A stretch of DNA of 64,000 nucleotides from an uncultured bacterium (GTDB taxonomy: Bacteria; B130-G9), in NCBI GenBank assembly GCA_965372715.1, contig CBDVDH010000006.1:1-64000 (forward strand), in the 5' to 3' direction. Positions 29,656 to 39,315 of the stretch are shown here, piece by piece (the stretch's first letter is position 1; every line of letters begins with the position of its first letter). Both the position numbers and the translations under genes were made by a program. Below the pieces are notes generated by a model. The model ran no database searches. It saw nothing but the letters and a program-made list of their open reading frames with translations, and was not told the origin of the DNA.

Positions 29656-30207
29656 TCAATGCAGCTCCCGGCGGATGACGACGCAGCCCTCTGAAATGCC
29701 GGCGAAGAACTCCCTGGTCAGGAACCACACATCGTATTCCGTTGTAACGCCGGTTAGCGCAAAGGCGTTGAAGAGCTCTATCGCGTCCGCTATCGCGCCC
29801 TCCCAGCCGTCAAGGTCGCACTTATCAGCGGAGTATCGCAGCAAGTTGAGCAGGAGGTCCTTTGTTTCAGTTGTCATCGTGTTAGGAGTCGGAGGTTGCC
29901 AGTTCTCGGCCAGCTCGAAATCCGCAATCCGAAATCCACAATCCGCAATCGCCTGCGCATCGCCGTCGAGCGCATTTTGGATAATCGTGGCGACGCTGCA
30001 CACATATTCGTTCCATGGGCCGGGCTCCTCACGATACGCTTCGATTATCGCGCGCCTCGCCGCGACCCTGACGAGCACTCCCCTTTGTTCCAGCGTCAGC
30101 TGACTATCGGGCCTCGTCCACTCGACGCTACATCCCGTCAAGAGACAGGCCATCGCGGCAATAACCAAGAGAATGGCCGCAATGGTGGCGATTGTCGTCT
30201 TTTTCAC
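29656..30207 (-). CDS. Lipoprotein, hypothetical
   Basis: MKK-hydrophobic-LTGC lipobox, strong GAGGAGGAG RBS; contains a heptamer array at 29918-29951. Confidence 0.75.
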   Translation of the reverse strand: MKKTTIATIAAILLVIAAMACLLTGCSVEWTRPDSQLTLEQRGVLVRVAARRAIIEAYREEPGPWNEYVCSVATIIQNALDGDAQAIADCGFRIADFELAENWQPPTPNTMTTETKDLLLNLLRYSADKCDLDGWEGAIADAIELFNAFALTGVTTEYDVWFLTREFFAGISEGCVVIRRELH

Positions 30208-30309
30208 GTTCTCCTCCTCTTCATTTGCGAGCCGGGTCGGCCCTGTATTGACTATATCTTTGAGCTCCTTTTGTCCCCTTGGCCGTCACAGCTCTTTAGC
30301 AACGGTGGC

Positions 30310-30423
30310 TTAACACTTGACCGATCCGCCGAAGACAGTGCATGAGAGCGAGGTCCCAAGCACCTGCTTAAGCAGCTCGTTGTCAATAGTGAAGACCATC
30401 GGTCGCTCATAAGATGTTTTCAT
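30310..30423 (-). CDS. 37-aa peptide MKTSYERPMVFTIDNELLKQVLGTSLSCTVFGGSVKC (below ORF-track cutoff)
   Basis: Translated by hand; co-oriented with the operon; weak RBS. Confidence 0.4.
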   Translation of the reverse strand: MKTSYERPMVFTIDNELLKQVLGTSLSCTVFGGSVKC

Positions 30424-30430
30424 TTTCCGA

Positions 30431-30500
30431 GTTTCAAGTTTCAGGTTTGAAGTTCAAAGTTCAAAGTTCAAAGTTCAAAGTTCAATCCGCAATCCACAAT
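30431..30500. repeat. Compound heptamer array: GTTCAAA-type x8 then CCGCAAT-type x2
   Basis: gtttcaa gtttcag gtttgaa (gttcaaa)x4 gttcaat ccgcaat ccacaat. Confidence 0.85.
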
Positions 30501-30519
30501 CCATTCGCCGCGCGGCGAA

Positions 30520-33303
30520 CTAGCCTTTCACAGCATATCTGTTGAGCATGACGCCAATGCCATAAGGGTCAGTCGTGAATATCCCATTGGGCGTGTATTT
30601 CCAGTAGAGGGTCTCGCCTGGTGAAACCGGCATCTTAGTCTGGTCTATAACCGCCCTGATGTGCCCAGCTGAATTACCTGACTGCGGAAGCGTGTCGCCG
30701 CGAACTCCATCACCGGTCGTCACGAGTTTAGCCTTCGTGCTCAGGACGCTAACGTCGTCACTACCACGGCACAGGTCAAGCTCAAGGAATGCCCCAGCGC
30801 CAGCGCCAGTAGATTTCGCAAAGAAATCAACACTCTGAACACCAGTCGGCAGCTCCATCAACCACTCAGCAAGTTTGGAGTCCCAGTTCCCGGACACCTT
30901 TCCGAGTACATGAGTGCCGTCTGTGCCACGTAGCTTGTCATAAGGACTCGGAAACGGCACAGGGTCTTCGAGCGCAACGAAGTTGGTCAAGGGCACGGGG
31001 TCGCCACCATCAGGGTCGGCATACACTGGTGGCTTGGGATCAACGAAAATCCCCCCGCTATCGTGCCCAACGCCAGCCTCTTTTATGTATTTGCCGAGCA
31101 CGATTACCTTATCTATTTCACCCTGGGTGGCTGGTGCGCCGAGTGCAAAGTATGGCTGCCCAGGCGTGTAGCCGCTGCCGTAAAGGCCGTAAACCAAGAC
31201 ACCACAGACAATATGCGTGCCATCATCTTCGCAGTTCAGCACAACCCCTGTTACTGCCGCAGGGTTTGTGTTATCGCAAGGGATGACGTAGTTGGGTGGC
31301 GAGCCCGGCACGAGTTCAACCCACGTGGTGGGAGCGATGTAGAAGTCGGCATAGAAGAACCCAATAAGCCGACCATCGCTCGGATCGTCATCTCCGCCTT
31401 CGTCATCGCCCGGAACCTTGCACTTGCCATACACCTTGATGTCAACGAGCACACCTCCGAGCGAGGCGCCACGGCCCCAGCCGATGCGCACTTTCCAGTG
31501 GCCGGGACAGAACAGGATGTTCGACGCGAGGCCCCAAGCGCCCGAGGTGCTGGGATCGAGGAGATACTCGCCGCCTATGTAATTGGCGCCTGGGTCATAG
31601 ACGTTTGGCGGTCTGACAATTGAGCAGCGGTTATTGGCGGCATTAACCGCCTTAACGATGCCGACAGCGTCCTTCTTGGCGTCGTCCGTCGCGTCTGTCT
31701 TGCGCGCCACGCCGTTGGCGTCGAGATAGACAGTCTGCCCAACGTTTACATCAGAGGCGCAATCTGCGTCATAGCCGTCGTCGGGGTCGTCGGGTTCTGG
31801 CTTGTACGCTTGCCCGCAGCAGATCAGGAACTTCGTGCCCGCGTCGTCGATCTGTTTACACGCTTCCTGGAAGTAGTATTCGGGATTTGTGGCAACCACC
31901 TTTGTGGCCTCACCTTCAACGGTTTGAGAGATGAAGAACATAGTTCCGGCAACATCAGGCGTCAGGTTGCCCGGCGTCTTGCCGCCGTGCTCGGACGTGA
32001 GCCACCAAAAATTGTTCTTGACCAGACACCAGGTCGCGTCAATTATCTTGTCAACTATCCCGATAGCCGGGATAGTGTCTTTACTGTCGGCCTTCGCCTC
32101 GTCAACCGTCTCGGCGTCCGTTTTGAGATAGACGAACTCCGCTTCTGCGACGCCCGACTCGTATTTGCGCTTGCCGCCCTCGGGGTCTGGATCATCGCCG
32201 CCGCGGTTCTTCGTCGCAGCGCCGATAGCGATCTGTATTCTAGTGGAGCTTAGGGCAACGCCAAGTGGCTGGTCCCACTCGTCCGGCGTTTCGTTCCGGG
32301 TCTGCGTTATCCGGCCGGCCGCGGTGCTGAGATAGACCTGTTGGCCGAACGTCAGGCTATCGTAGGAAGTGGTTTTGCTGCTGAAGTCAAAGGCCCCAGA
32401 GCTCCTGACAGTGCAGTAGGTCTCGTCCAGTATCTCTTCCACGAAGCCGATCGCTGGGACCCTGTCATCATCATCCGCATCGGCCTTGTTCACCGTGTTT
32501 GGCGCGGTTAGGCAGACCGCATCTCCGGATACGACGCCCGATGCGTATTGATACTTGGCGACGTCGCCAGAGCCACCCGAGCCGGGGTCCCCTGAGTGGT
32601 AGGAGACCTCGATCAGGGTGTTGACTACGTCGTCATCCGTGATGTTCGCTCCATCGTGAAGGAACACGATGGCCAGCGTTTTGCTCTCGGGGATGGCGGG
32701 AGGATCATCGCATAGCACCCTCGACGATGCCTCCTCGCCCTGGGAGAAAGCTATGGCGCCTGCCGAGTCGAGCGCAAGCCTTATCGCCTTGTAGTAGCCC
32801 GGATTGTCGAACGTTATCGACGAGAAATCCTGAGTTCCGCCGTTGTATTCGACCAGCCTGCCGGCGATTTCGCCGTTGCCCTTTGCAGTGTTCACGCCCT
32901 GCGATGCGGGAAACGTGGCGCTCACCCAGAATTGCCTTGCCACCTTGTGAACGTCCTCGATCGGCGCCCTATACTGCTCTAGCATCCGCTTGTTGTTGGC
33001 CGTGCCACGACCCCAGTAGGACCACGTCAAGTCATCAGGCGCGTCGGTCGCGCAGTGCAGCACGTTGCCGTTGAGCGGGTTCACATATACGCAGCCCGAG
33101 CCTGGCGCGGCGTTTGTGAAGGAGACCGTGTATGAGCCGTTGACGTCACCCGTGCAGGAGATGGAGAACTCCGTGTCGGGCACCTCATTGAGCGAGTAGG
33201 TGTAGTCGCCCGCCGTGATCGAATGTTCTTCCCCTTCGACCTCGGCTGGCTCGGTTCGTTCATCCACGAAATCGATGAATTCTGGGTTATCGGGATATGC
33301 CAT
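30520..33303 (-). CDS. Phage-like structural protein with four tandem capsid-cement (DUF2190-like) repeats
   Basis: GDAVCL..KADA..PAIGFV / EFVYL..AKAD..PAIGIV / GQTVYL..KTDA..AVGIV / weaker fourth copy, separated by acidic D/G/P linkers. Confidence 0.65.
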   Translation of the reverse strand: MAYPDNPEFIDFVDERTEPAEVEGEEHSITAGDYTYSLNEVPDTEFSISCTGDVNGSYTVSFTNAAPGSGCVYVNPLNGNVLHCATDAPDDLTWSYWGRGTANNKRMLEQYRAPIEDVHKVARQFWVSATFPASQGVNTAKGNGEIAGRLVEYNGGTQDFSSITFDNPGYYKAIRLALDSAGAIAFSQGEEASSRVLCDDPPAIPESKTLAIVFLHDGANITDDDVVNTLIEVSYHSGDPGSGGSGDVAKYQYASGVVSGDAVCLTAPNTVNKADADDDDRVPAIGFVEEILDETYCTVRSSGAFDFSSKTTSYDSLTFGQQVYLSTAAGRITQTRNETPDEWDQPLGVALSSTRIQIAIGAATKNRGGDDPDPEGGKRKYESGVAEAEFVYLKTDAETVDEAKADSKDTIPAIGIVDKIIDATWCLVKNNFWWLTSEHGGKTPGNLTPDVAGTMFFISQTVEGEATKVVATNPEYYFQEACKQIDDAGTKFLICCGQAYKPEPDDPDDGYDADCASDVNVGQTVYLDANGVARKTDATDDAKKDAVGIVKAVNAANNRCSIVRPPNVYDPGANYIGGEYLLDPSTSGAWGLASNILFCPGHWKVRIGWGRGASLGGVLVDIKVYGKCKVPGDDEGGDDDPSDGRLIGFFYADFYIAPTTWVELVPGSPPNYVIPCDNTNPAAVTGVVLNCEDDGTHIVCGVLVYGLYGSGYTPGQPYFALGAPATQGEIDKVIVLGKYIKEAGVGHDSGGIFVDPKPPVYADPDGGDPVPLTNFVALEDPVPFPSPYDKLRGTDGTHVLGKVSGNWDSKLAEWLMELPTGVQSVDFFAKSTGAGAGAFLELDLCRGSDDVSVLSTKAKLVTTGDGVRGDTLPQSGNSAGHIRAVIDQTKMPVSPGETLYWKYTPNGIFTTDPYGIGVMLNRYAVKG

Positions 33304-33363
33304 TATCTAAAGCCCTCCTTTAGCCTTTACGTGCTTGAATTGATGATGCCGAGCGACGAACCA

Positions 33364-34383
33364 CTACTGAGACTGTGGCTCTATGAAGTGGTTTTGGAAG
33401 TAGTCCCATGTGTCTGGCGACATTACCGATATATAAACGTAGAACCTAAAACTACGACCTGAAGCGGCGCTCAAGTACCCTGTCGAACCGCCGGTGAGCT
33501 CCGACCCGCACAGCCGGGTCCCTGTCAACGACGCGCGGACGGGTATGAGTGAGAGCGTTAACACGACTTGACCCTCGACGCCTGCCTCATCTGGGATCGC
33601 AAGCCGGAGCATAATGTCTTTCGCGGTGTTGGTCGCGAAGGTCCCCAGATAGATGTCTGACTCCGCTGAGAGCTGCTGCCAGTCCTCGTCGCCCGCCTCC
33701 TTGAACGTGCAATACCCGTTCTCGATGATCTCCTTCCCCTGGCCGTCTGTATCGCAGCACTCAACCGCAAGCGCCGCGCCGTCGAGGTCGAGGTCAAGCG
33801 AGCTGTCTTTGCCCCAATAGAGCTTGAGCGACACGTCGGACGTGGCCCCGCGGCGATACCATGGGAACAAAGCGACGCTGAGCGGCCCCGCCTCACCGTC
33901 AGTCCATAGCGACAGCTGCGGCCACTCGAAGGCCTTCCACACGTGCATCGTGAAGTAATAGGTCTCATCGAGCTCGTAGCCATACGCGTCGCTGGCGCAC
34001 ACGCGGACCCCAATCTGTTGACCGTCCGCGAAGAACTCCCTCGGCAGATACCCAATCGTCATTCGCTGCCTGAACCGACCGGTCAGCGTCGTGCCCGTCA
34101 GGCAGCTTCCGGTGTGCGCAATCCGAGGGACGAGAAGCGCCGAATGCCTGCGCCCAACCGCATCACTCTGAATCTCGCCGTTCTTGACGATCGCCTCGAA
34201 CTTGCCTGTGCCCGGATCGACGTAAAGGGCCAGCGAATCGGCGCAAAGCGCTCCGAAGTGCAGGTCGTCGTTGAAGTCGTCATCGACAACATCGAGGCGC
34301 ACCAGGCTGCCTGACACGTCCGTTGCCCCTTGCGGGGGGCTCACGTTCGCAAGATGCGGCCGGAATTGGCTTTCTTCTGTCAT
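33364..34383 (-). CDS. Hypothetical structural protein with Ig-like domain
   Basis: NVSPPQGATDV..VRLDVVD...VRVCASD...ETYYFT. Confidence 0.65.
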   Translation of the reverse strand: MTEESQFRPHLANVSPPQGATDVSGSLVRLDVVDDDFNDDLHFGALCADSLALYVDPGTGKFEAIVKNGEIQSDAVGRRHSALLVPRIAHTGSCLTGTTLTGRFRQRMTIGYLPREFFADGQQIGVRVCASDAYGYELDETYYFTMHVWKAFEWPQLSLWTDGEAGPLSVALFPWYRRGATSDVSLKLYWGKDSSLDLDLDGAALAVECCDTDGQGKEIIENGYCTFKEAGDEDWQQLSAESDIYLGTFATNTAKDIMLRLAIPDEAGVEGQVVLTLSLIPVRASLTGTRLCGSELTGGSTGYLSAASGRSFRFYVYISVMSPDTWDYFQNHFIEPQSQ

Positions 34384-34395
34384 CGTGAAGACGAG

Positions 34396-34785
34396 TTATG
34401 ACAGTTTCGAGTGGGCGACTGTCGTAAAATACAGCCTTAGCGAAATGGGCCCTGTCGCGTTTGTCTGGTCATTGTTTTTGACCTTGACGTAGAGCCTTTC
34501 AGTCGGGGCCGTATCGCTGTTGAAGACGAGCCTTCCCCCGGCGTAGAACTCGTCATCCACCAGGTTTATGTTCGCGTTTTCGACCCGATACACCTCGTTG
34601 ATCCCGCTTTCGGCTGCGCCCTGTTTGTCGAAGACCATGAGATCGAAATCGGTGCTGGAGCACGCCGCCTCGACCTGAAGCAGCCTGACGTGCCCATAGC
34701 CGTCCATTATGCTTTCGATCTCACCTGTTGCGCCAGCTGCGACGTTTGCAAGGGTCTCAACCTGTCTGTAGATGGTCTTTTCCAT
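34396..34785 (-). CDS. Hypothetical beta-rich protein
   Basis: Start MEKTIYRQ with purine-rich RBS; operonic position. Confidence 0.65.
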   Translation of the reverse strand: MEKTIYRQVETLANVAAGATGEIESIMDGYGHVRLLQVEAACSSTDFDLMVFDKQGAAESGINEVYRVENANINLVDDEFYAGGRLVFNSDTAPTERLYVKVKNNDQTNATGPISLRLYFTTVAHSKLS

Positions 34786-34832
34786 GTTTCTCCCTCTCTT
34801 TGCCTGGGGCGTTCCCCGTTTTGCCTTCGTTC

Positions 34833-36992
34833 CTATATGTCGTTGTTGTAAAGGTTCAGAATCTTGATCCCGCCCGACCCCCACAGTCCCCGCGGCTCAA
34901 ACCCAGAGCAGGCGAGCCGAGCGCACCACTGCCCTTCGTAACCCGCCTTCTTTAGCCGACAGCCGAACGCGCCTCGCTGATTGCATCCGGCCAGTGCGAA
35001 CGGCGGCCCGTTGCCGCGGCGCCCGGCGCGGTCGAGGCGCCCGGGACCCTTGAAGCCAGCGCCGGACTCGTAGCGGGACCATTTCCACCCACCCGGCGCT
35101 CCACCGGTACCCTGGCCGTCGCAGTGCGGAAAGAGACTGGCAAATCCCCCGTCGGGGCCAACAGCGCCGCAGAATCCGTCCGGCTTTGAACACGCAGCTC
35201 CCGTCCAGTGGCGGCACACCGGGACCGAATTGACGCACGTTAGAAAATGACCCCCATCGTCCTTCATAATCGTCCCACTGCCGAAACTCACGCCGTCGTC
35301 CGATACATACCTCATCAGGACAGGGACTGTGACCGCCTCAGTCCCGTTCGGTCCGCTTCGGCGCCCCAGAACTAACCTCACAGGGACAAAAGCGTGGTAG
35401 CCGCCGCGCTCGAAGCCCACTTCATAGACCCCGGTCGGCCATCCGGCGCCACCGAATCCAAATGAAAACGTGGAGATAAGCGCTCCGCTCGGAAGGTCGG
35501 TCCCGAGCCTTATGAACCCGTCGGGCTGCTGCGGCCAGGCAGGTATGTAACCGTCTATTATTATCGGTGGATCGAAGGTGCATTCCTGGCCGTTGCACAC
35601 AAGTTTTATGAACATCTCATCGTAGATTTTCTTGCGGCCACCTTCGCCTGTAACCTCTGTGTGATACGCCACGCGGCCCATCAGAGTGTAGATGAGTAGA
35701 TTGCCGCCCGCGGCGTTGACAACGCGCGGCATTCGATACTCCGTCCTCGCAAGACGCGTGGGCCAGGTCGGGGCGCTCTCGTCGTAGGTGACCTCCACGC
35801 TGTCCGTGTGAACGGTCTCGCCATCGTCGGACCACGTGGCTCCGTCTGGGGAGCCGTTCAGGACGACGCAGGCGGGGGGACGTTCCTCCTCCTCCGCGGA
35901 GGAGGTTACCCACTGCACGGACGCAAGGTGGTGAGAATTGCCAGACACCGGGGCTCCGATCGAATATGAGATGTCGGCCACGCCGACGCCGGAGGCCTCC
36001 TCCGTTGCCAACATCTGCTCGAGGACTGCCGATGAAGGTATCGTAGGTATCATCACGGCCCCGTGCGTTCGTGGTAGCCTAATGGACTTGTTGATCGCGA
36101 CCCAAACGCGGGAGATACTGTAGGCCGCGGCTGATGAACCGCTATCGTTCTCGTAGGCATCCCGAGACTGACCCAGCCATACGCATCGGCCGCGGCTTGC
36201 GGCGTGGAGCGAGAGCCCGGATGGCGCCTCGTTACGAGGTTGGCCATAGACGTGGAACTCCGGGCTGAAGGGCAAGAATGATTGAAGCGACTCGCACGTT
36301 GACCGGGTATTCCTGCATGATCCGAACGCGGCATAGACGTTGTCGCCGAACGATGGGTAGTCGCCCCTGCCGAGCGCCCTGCACGTCCCCGCGGAGTGAG
36401 CGCAGGGCTCCTCGGATGGCTCCGCCAGGCAGGGATACTCGCCAAACGTGTGCGGGCAGGGTGCGAAATTCCGGCGGTCCTTGCACGTCTTAAACGTCTT
36501 GTCGCAAGTGTATCCTGATGGCGCCTCGCAAGGCGTCTCGCCATAATTACTGCGGCATTCCGCGGGCGCTCGGCATAGATCGTGCGCATATATGAGATAG
36601 CAGCCGAACGCGCTCATGTAGCCCGGATATCTAGGATCGTGCGGGACAGCGTAGAGCCTCGGGCGGCTTCCATTCTCCAGGACCAGTAGCCTTCCCAGCC
36701 AGCCGGAATACGGCGCCTCGAACTCTGCCCCGTCCAGACAAAGCCGGAATCTCACACCAGGCTCAGCATCGTCATCAACAGTCATCCCTTCCTTGACCGG
36801 CAGGCCGCCGGCGACCTTTGTGGGAATCTCGATGTCGTGCCCTGAAGGCTCAAAGATGACGACCTTCTCGCCGTCTGCCGCTCCGCCGTCAACCAGCTCA
36901 CCGTCGGCCGTGACAAACATGCGGCCGGAGACCCGGGCAACTACTCGTGAGAACCTGTGGCCTGTCTTCACACTGAGGTCAGAGTGAGTCAT
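34833..36992 (-). CDS. Cys-rich phage-like protein with tail-tip (gpL/DUF2163-like) motifs
   Basis: CDKTFKTCKDR, CAHSAGTC, CRNTRSTC. Confidence 0.6.
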   Translation of the reverse strand: MTHSDLSVKTGHRFSRVVARVSGRMFVTADGELVDGGAADGEKVVIFEPSGHDIEIPTKVAGGLPVKEGMTVDDDAEPGVRFRLCLDGAEFEAPYSGWLGRLLVLENGSRPRLYAVPHDPRYPGYMSAFGCYLIYAHDLCRAPAECRSNYGETPCEAPSGYTCDKTFKTCKDRRNFAPCPHTFGEYPCLAEPSEEPCAHSAGTCRALGRGDYPSFGDNVYAAFGSCRNTRSTCESLQSFLPFSPEFHVYGQPRNEAPSGLSLHAASRGRCVWLGQSRDAYENDSGSSAAAYSISRVWVAINKSIRLPRTHGAVMIPTIPSSAVLEQMLATEEASGVGVADISYSIGAPVSGNSHHLASVQWVTSSAEEEERPPACVVLNGSPDGATWSDDGETVHTDSVEVTYDESAPTWPTRLARTEYRMPRVVNAAGGNLLIYTLMGRVAYHTEVTGEGGRKKIYDEMFIKLVCNGQECTFDPPIIIDGYIPAWPQQPDGFIRLGTDLPSGALISTFSFGFGGAGWPTGVYEVGFERGGYHAFVPVRLVLGRRSGPNGTEAVTVPVLMRYVSDDGVSFGSGTIMKDDGGHFLTCVNSVPVCRHWTGAACSKPDGFCGAVGPDGGFASLFPHCDGQGTGGAPGGWKWSRYESGAGFKGPGRLDRAGRRGNGPPFALAGCNQRGAFGCRLKKAGYEGQWCARLACSGFEPRGLWGSGGIKILNLYNNDI

Positions 36993-36994
36993 TG

Positions 36995-39271
36995 TTAGAA
37001 CCTGGCCTTGAGCCGGGTAGTTGAGAGGCCCTTGCCGTCCGGTCCGGACGAACTGGAGACTTCACATTGCTCAACCACGCCGGGTTCTGTCGGCCGAGCC
37101 GGCAGCTCGCTTTCGCAGTCCACCGGGGCCAACAGCGGCGTCCCGCGAGGGATAAGCAGCTCGCCGGGAACCTCGTATGTATCCTCGACCCCGGCTTTGC
37201 TGAGGTTCTCATACACCCTGGCGGCGACATTATCCGCGTCGTCCCAATCGACCAGGTTGGAATCCGACCGATGAACCCTCGGCTGGGGGCTAGTATCACC
37301 GTTGGTCTCACCGACATCGGAGAAGACGCGCATCTTCCTGAGGTAGATCGGGTGGGACGGCACGCTCGCGGCCGGCAGATTGTGCGACTCGGCGCCGCTT
37401 CTGACAACGCCCCCTACTAGCCTGAGAGTATGGACGGTTCGGCGGTATGTGTTGGCGTCAACTTGCTCGTAGCGGACGATCTCCTGGTGAACGATGCACT
37501 CTGGATCGACACCATCGGGCGCACTCACGAGGCCGCCGCGGTTGGGGATGCTCCCGCCCCGCCCGATAAGCTGGGATTTGACCACCGCATCCGCGGGAAT
37601 ATCGGAAGGCGACTTGACATCCGATAGCATCCGCCATCTGAGGGTGCAATCGGAGCAGCCCGGGGCGTAGTTGCCGGGTGCGCCTGACCCAATCAAGCTG
37701 GGCCTGCACGCGCGCTGGGCGCCCGTGTATTCCGGGCAAGTCGCGAGCCTCCCATACTCGTTGCACGGAAGCCCTAGGCGGCATCTCCCGCTCGCGGCAT
37801 CGAAATAATCGCAGACGCCCTGACCGAGCATGCACATACCTCCAAGGGGTGAGCCGGCCGAGCCCTGAGGCAGCCAAAAATCGCACTCGGCAGAATCGCT
37901 AAAGACCGCTGTGCGCTTTTGCGTGACCTGCTCGTTGAGCGTTCCGAGCCCGGGGTCGTACGAGAAGGACCGAATCTGATATTCAATCGGGTCAAGCCAG
38001 ACGTTTACTAGTCCTGTGTCCTCACGCGCGATCGTTTCCGGGCGGGACCCTCGGACCCACGCCCGGCCCGAAATCACCCCATGGCTTTCCAGCTCCCTCG
38101 GCGTCTCAACGTCCCAGGCCACGCTTTCGTAGATGTGCAGCGATTCCTCGCATCGAACCAGCTTCTCCTCGTCGCTGTTGATTCCGCACCGGGGCTGATA
38201 CCAGCCACAGCAGACCGCGGTGCCCTTTCCGTTGCAGCGGATGCCCAGGTTGCAGCACGCCGAGCTGTCAGACCAATGCTGGCACGTGCCTGTTCGATAG
38301 ACCCTCTCCTGTGAAAAGAGCAGCAGCTGTCGATTGCCGATTACATCCTTCAGCCATAGCTCCTTGACAACATGAATCTCGTTTTCGCCTCGTTCTACGC
38401 GGCCGTCAAACTCATAGCCGCCATAGCACTTGCACCGCGAGAGCATCGACCGCAGAAGAGCCGATCTGACCTCGACGTCAGCTTTCGACAGAGCAGAACC
38501 TAAATTGAACGGAGCAGTCCAGGTCTTGCCGTCGAACTTGTCCGGCCTGAACTTGCCCAAGCCCCCTTGCAGGCGAAGCGAACTTCCCTCCGGAAGCGGG
38601 GCCTTCACCGCGATCCGCTGAGCCAGGAGGCCGTTCGACACGGTCGGCGCGTCGTCGGCGAAGTTGCCCACAAGCGACGTATCCATGACGAAAAGGACGT
38701 TATCCCTGACCCATAGGACGGGCCTCTGAACGCGAAATAGAGCAAGTATCGCCTCCAAAAAGCTGACCTCGCGTCTGCAAACTACCTGACGGACCCACTG
38801 AGGCGCCACGGCCGCCACGAGGTCTTCCAGTCCGGCGAGCTTCGCCAAAGTGCGGGCCACCTCCTCAGATGACCATCCGCGGCGGCCAAATTGGTCGCCG
38901 ATGCTAATGTGAATGTCGTACTTGGGTTTCAGATTGCGCGTCCTCGTCCCATAGTCCGAGTATTCCGTGGCCGACATAGCTACGAATATCTGTTCACGGG
39001 AGGGGGCAAGCTGGGAAAGGGCGAAAAGCTCATCGTGGCCGCCGAGAACCATCACGCGCCGCTTTCCGGTTTTCACGGCTTTCAGCGCATCAACAGAGAA
39101 ACTGATCTCTTGCCCAGAGAGCAGAGTAAGGACCAGATCATCACCTAGTCCGGCCTCGCACGACAGGTTCGGAACCTGCACCTCCATTGCCTGCCCGACG
39201 TCCCCGGCTGGGCGAATGCCAAGCCGCGAGATTCCATTGACGCCTCTTTGAGCGAATATCAGATCTGTCAT
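36995..39271 (-). CDS. Cys-rich phage-like tail/hub-type protein
   Basis: 758-aa ORF tightly coupled to neighbours; N-terminal segment (EVARTLAKLAG..SFLEAILALF..WVRDNVLFV) resembles tail hub proteins. Confidence 0.55.
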   Translation of the reverse strand: MTDLIFAQRGVNGISRLGIRPAGDVGQAMEVQVPNLSCEAGLGDDLVLTLLSGQEISFSVDALKAVKTGKRRVMVLGGHDELFALSQLAPSREQIFVAMSATEYSDYGTRTRNLKPKYDIHISIGDQFGRRGWSSEEVARTLAKLAGLEDLVAAVAPQWVRQVVCRREVSFLEAILALFRVQRPVLWVRDNVLFVMDTSLVGNFADDAPTVSNGLLAQRIAVKAPLPEGSSLRLQGGLGKFRPDKFDGKTWTAPFNLGSALSKADVEVRSALLRSMLSRCKCYGGYEFDGRVERGENEIHVVKELWLKDVIGNRQLLLFSQERVYRTGTCQHWSDSSACCNLGIRCNGKGTAVCCGWYQPRCGINSDEEKLVRCEESLHIYESVAWDVETPRELESHGVISGRAWVRGSRPETIAREDTGLVNVWLDPIEYQIRSFSYDPGLGTLNEQVTQKRTAVFSDSAECDFWLPQGSAGSPLGGMCMLGQGVCDYFDAASGRCRLGLPCNEYGRLATCPEYTGAQRACRPSLIGSGAPGNYAPGCSDCTLRWRMLSDVKSPSDIPADAVVKSQLIGRGGSIPNRGGLVSAPDGVDPECIVHQEIVRYEQVDANTYRRTVHTLRLVGGVVRSGAESHNLPAASVPSHPIYLRKMRVFSDVGETNGDTSPQPRVHRSDSNLVDWDDADNVAARVYENLSKAGVEDTYEVPGELLIPRGTPLLAPVDCESELPARPTEPGVVEQCEVSSSSGPDGKGLSTTRLKARF

Positions 39272-39315
39272 GTCAGTTGGTTCCTCTTTGGTTGAGCGCC
39301 AATCCCTGGGGCGGA

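Noticed and set aside
30431-30500. Possible CRISPR array
   Set aside because: 7-nt tandem units without spacers; no cas genes in the window
34833-39271. Multiheme cytochromes as an explanation for the Cys-rich proteins
   Set aside because: No CxxCH motifs and no signal peptides
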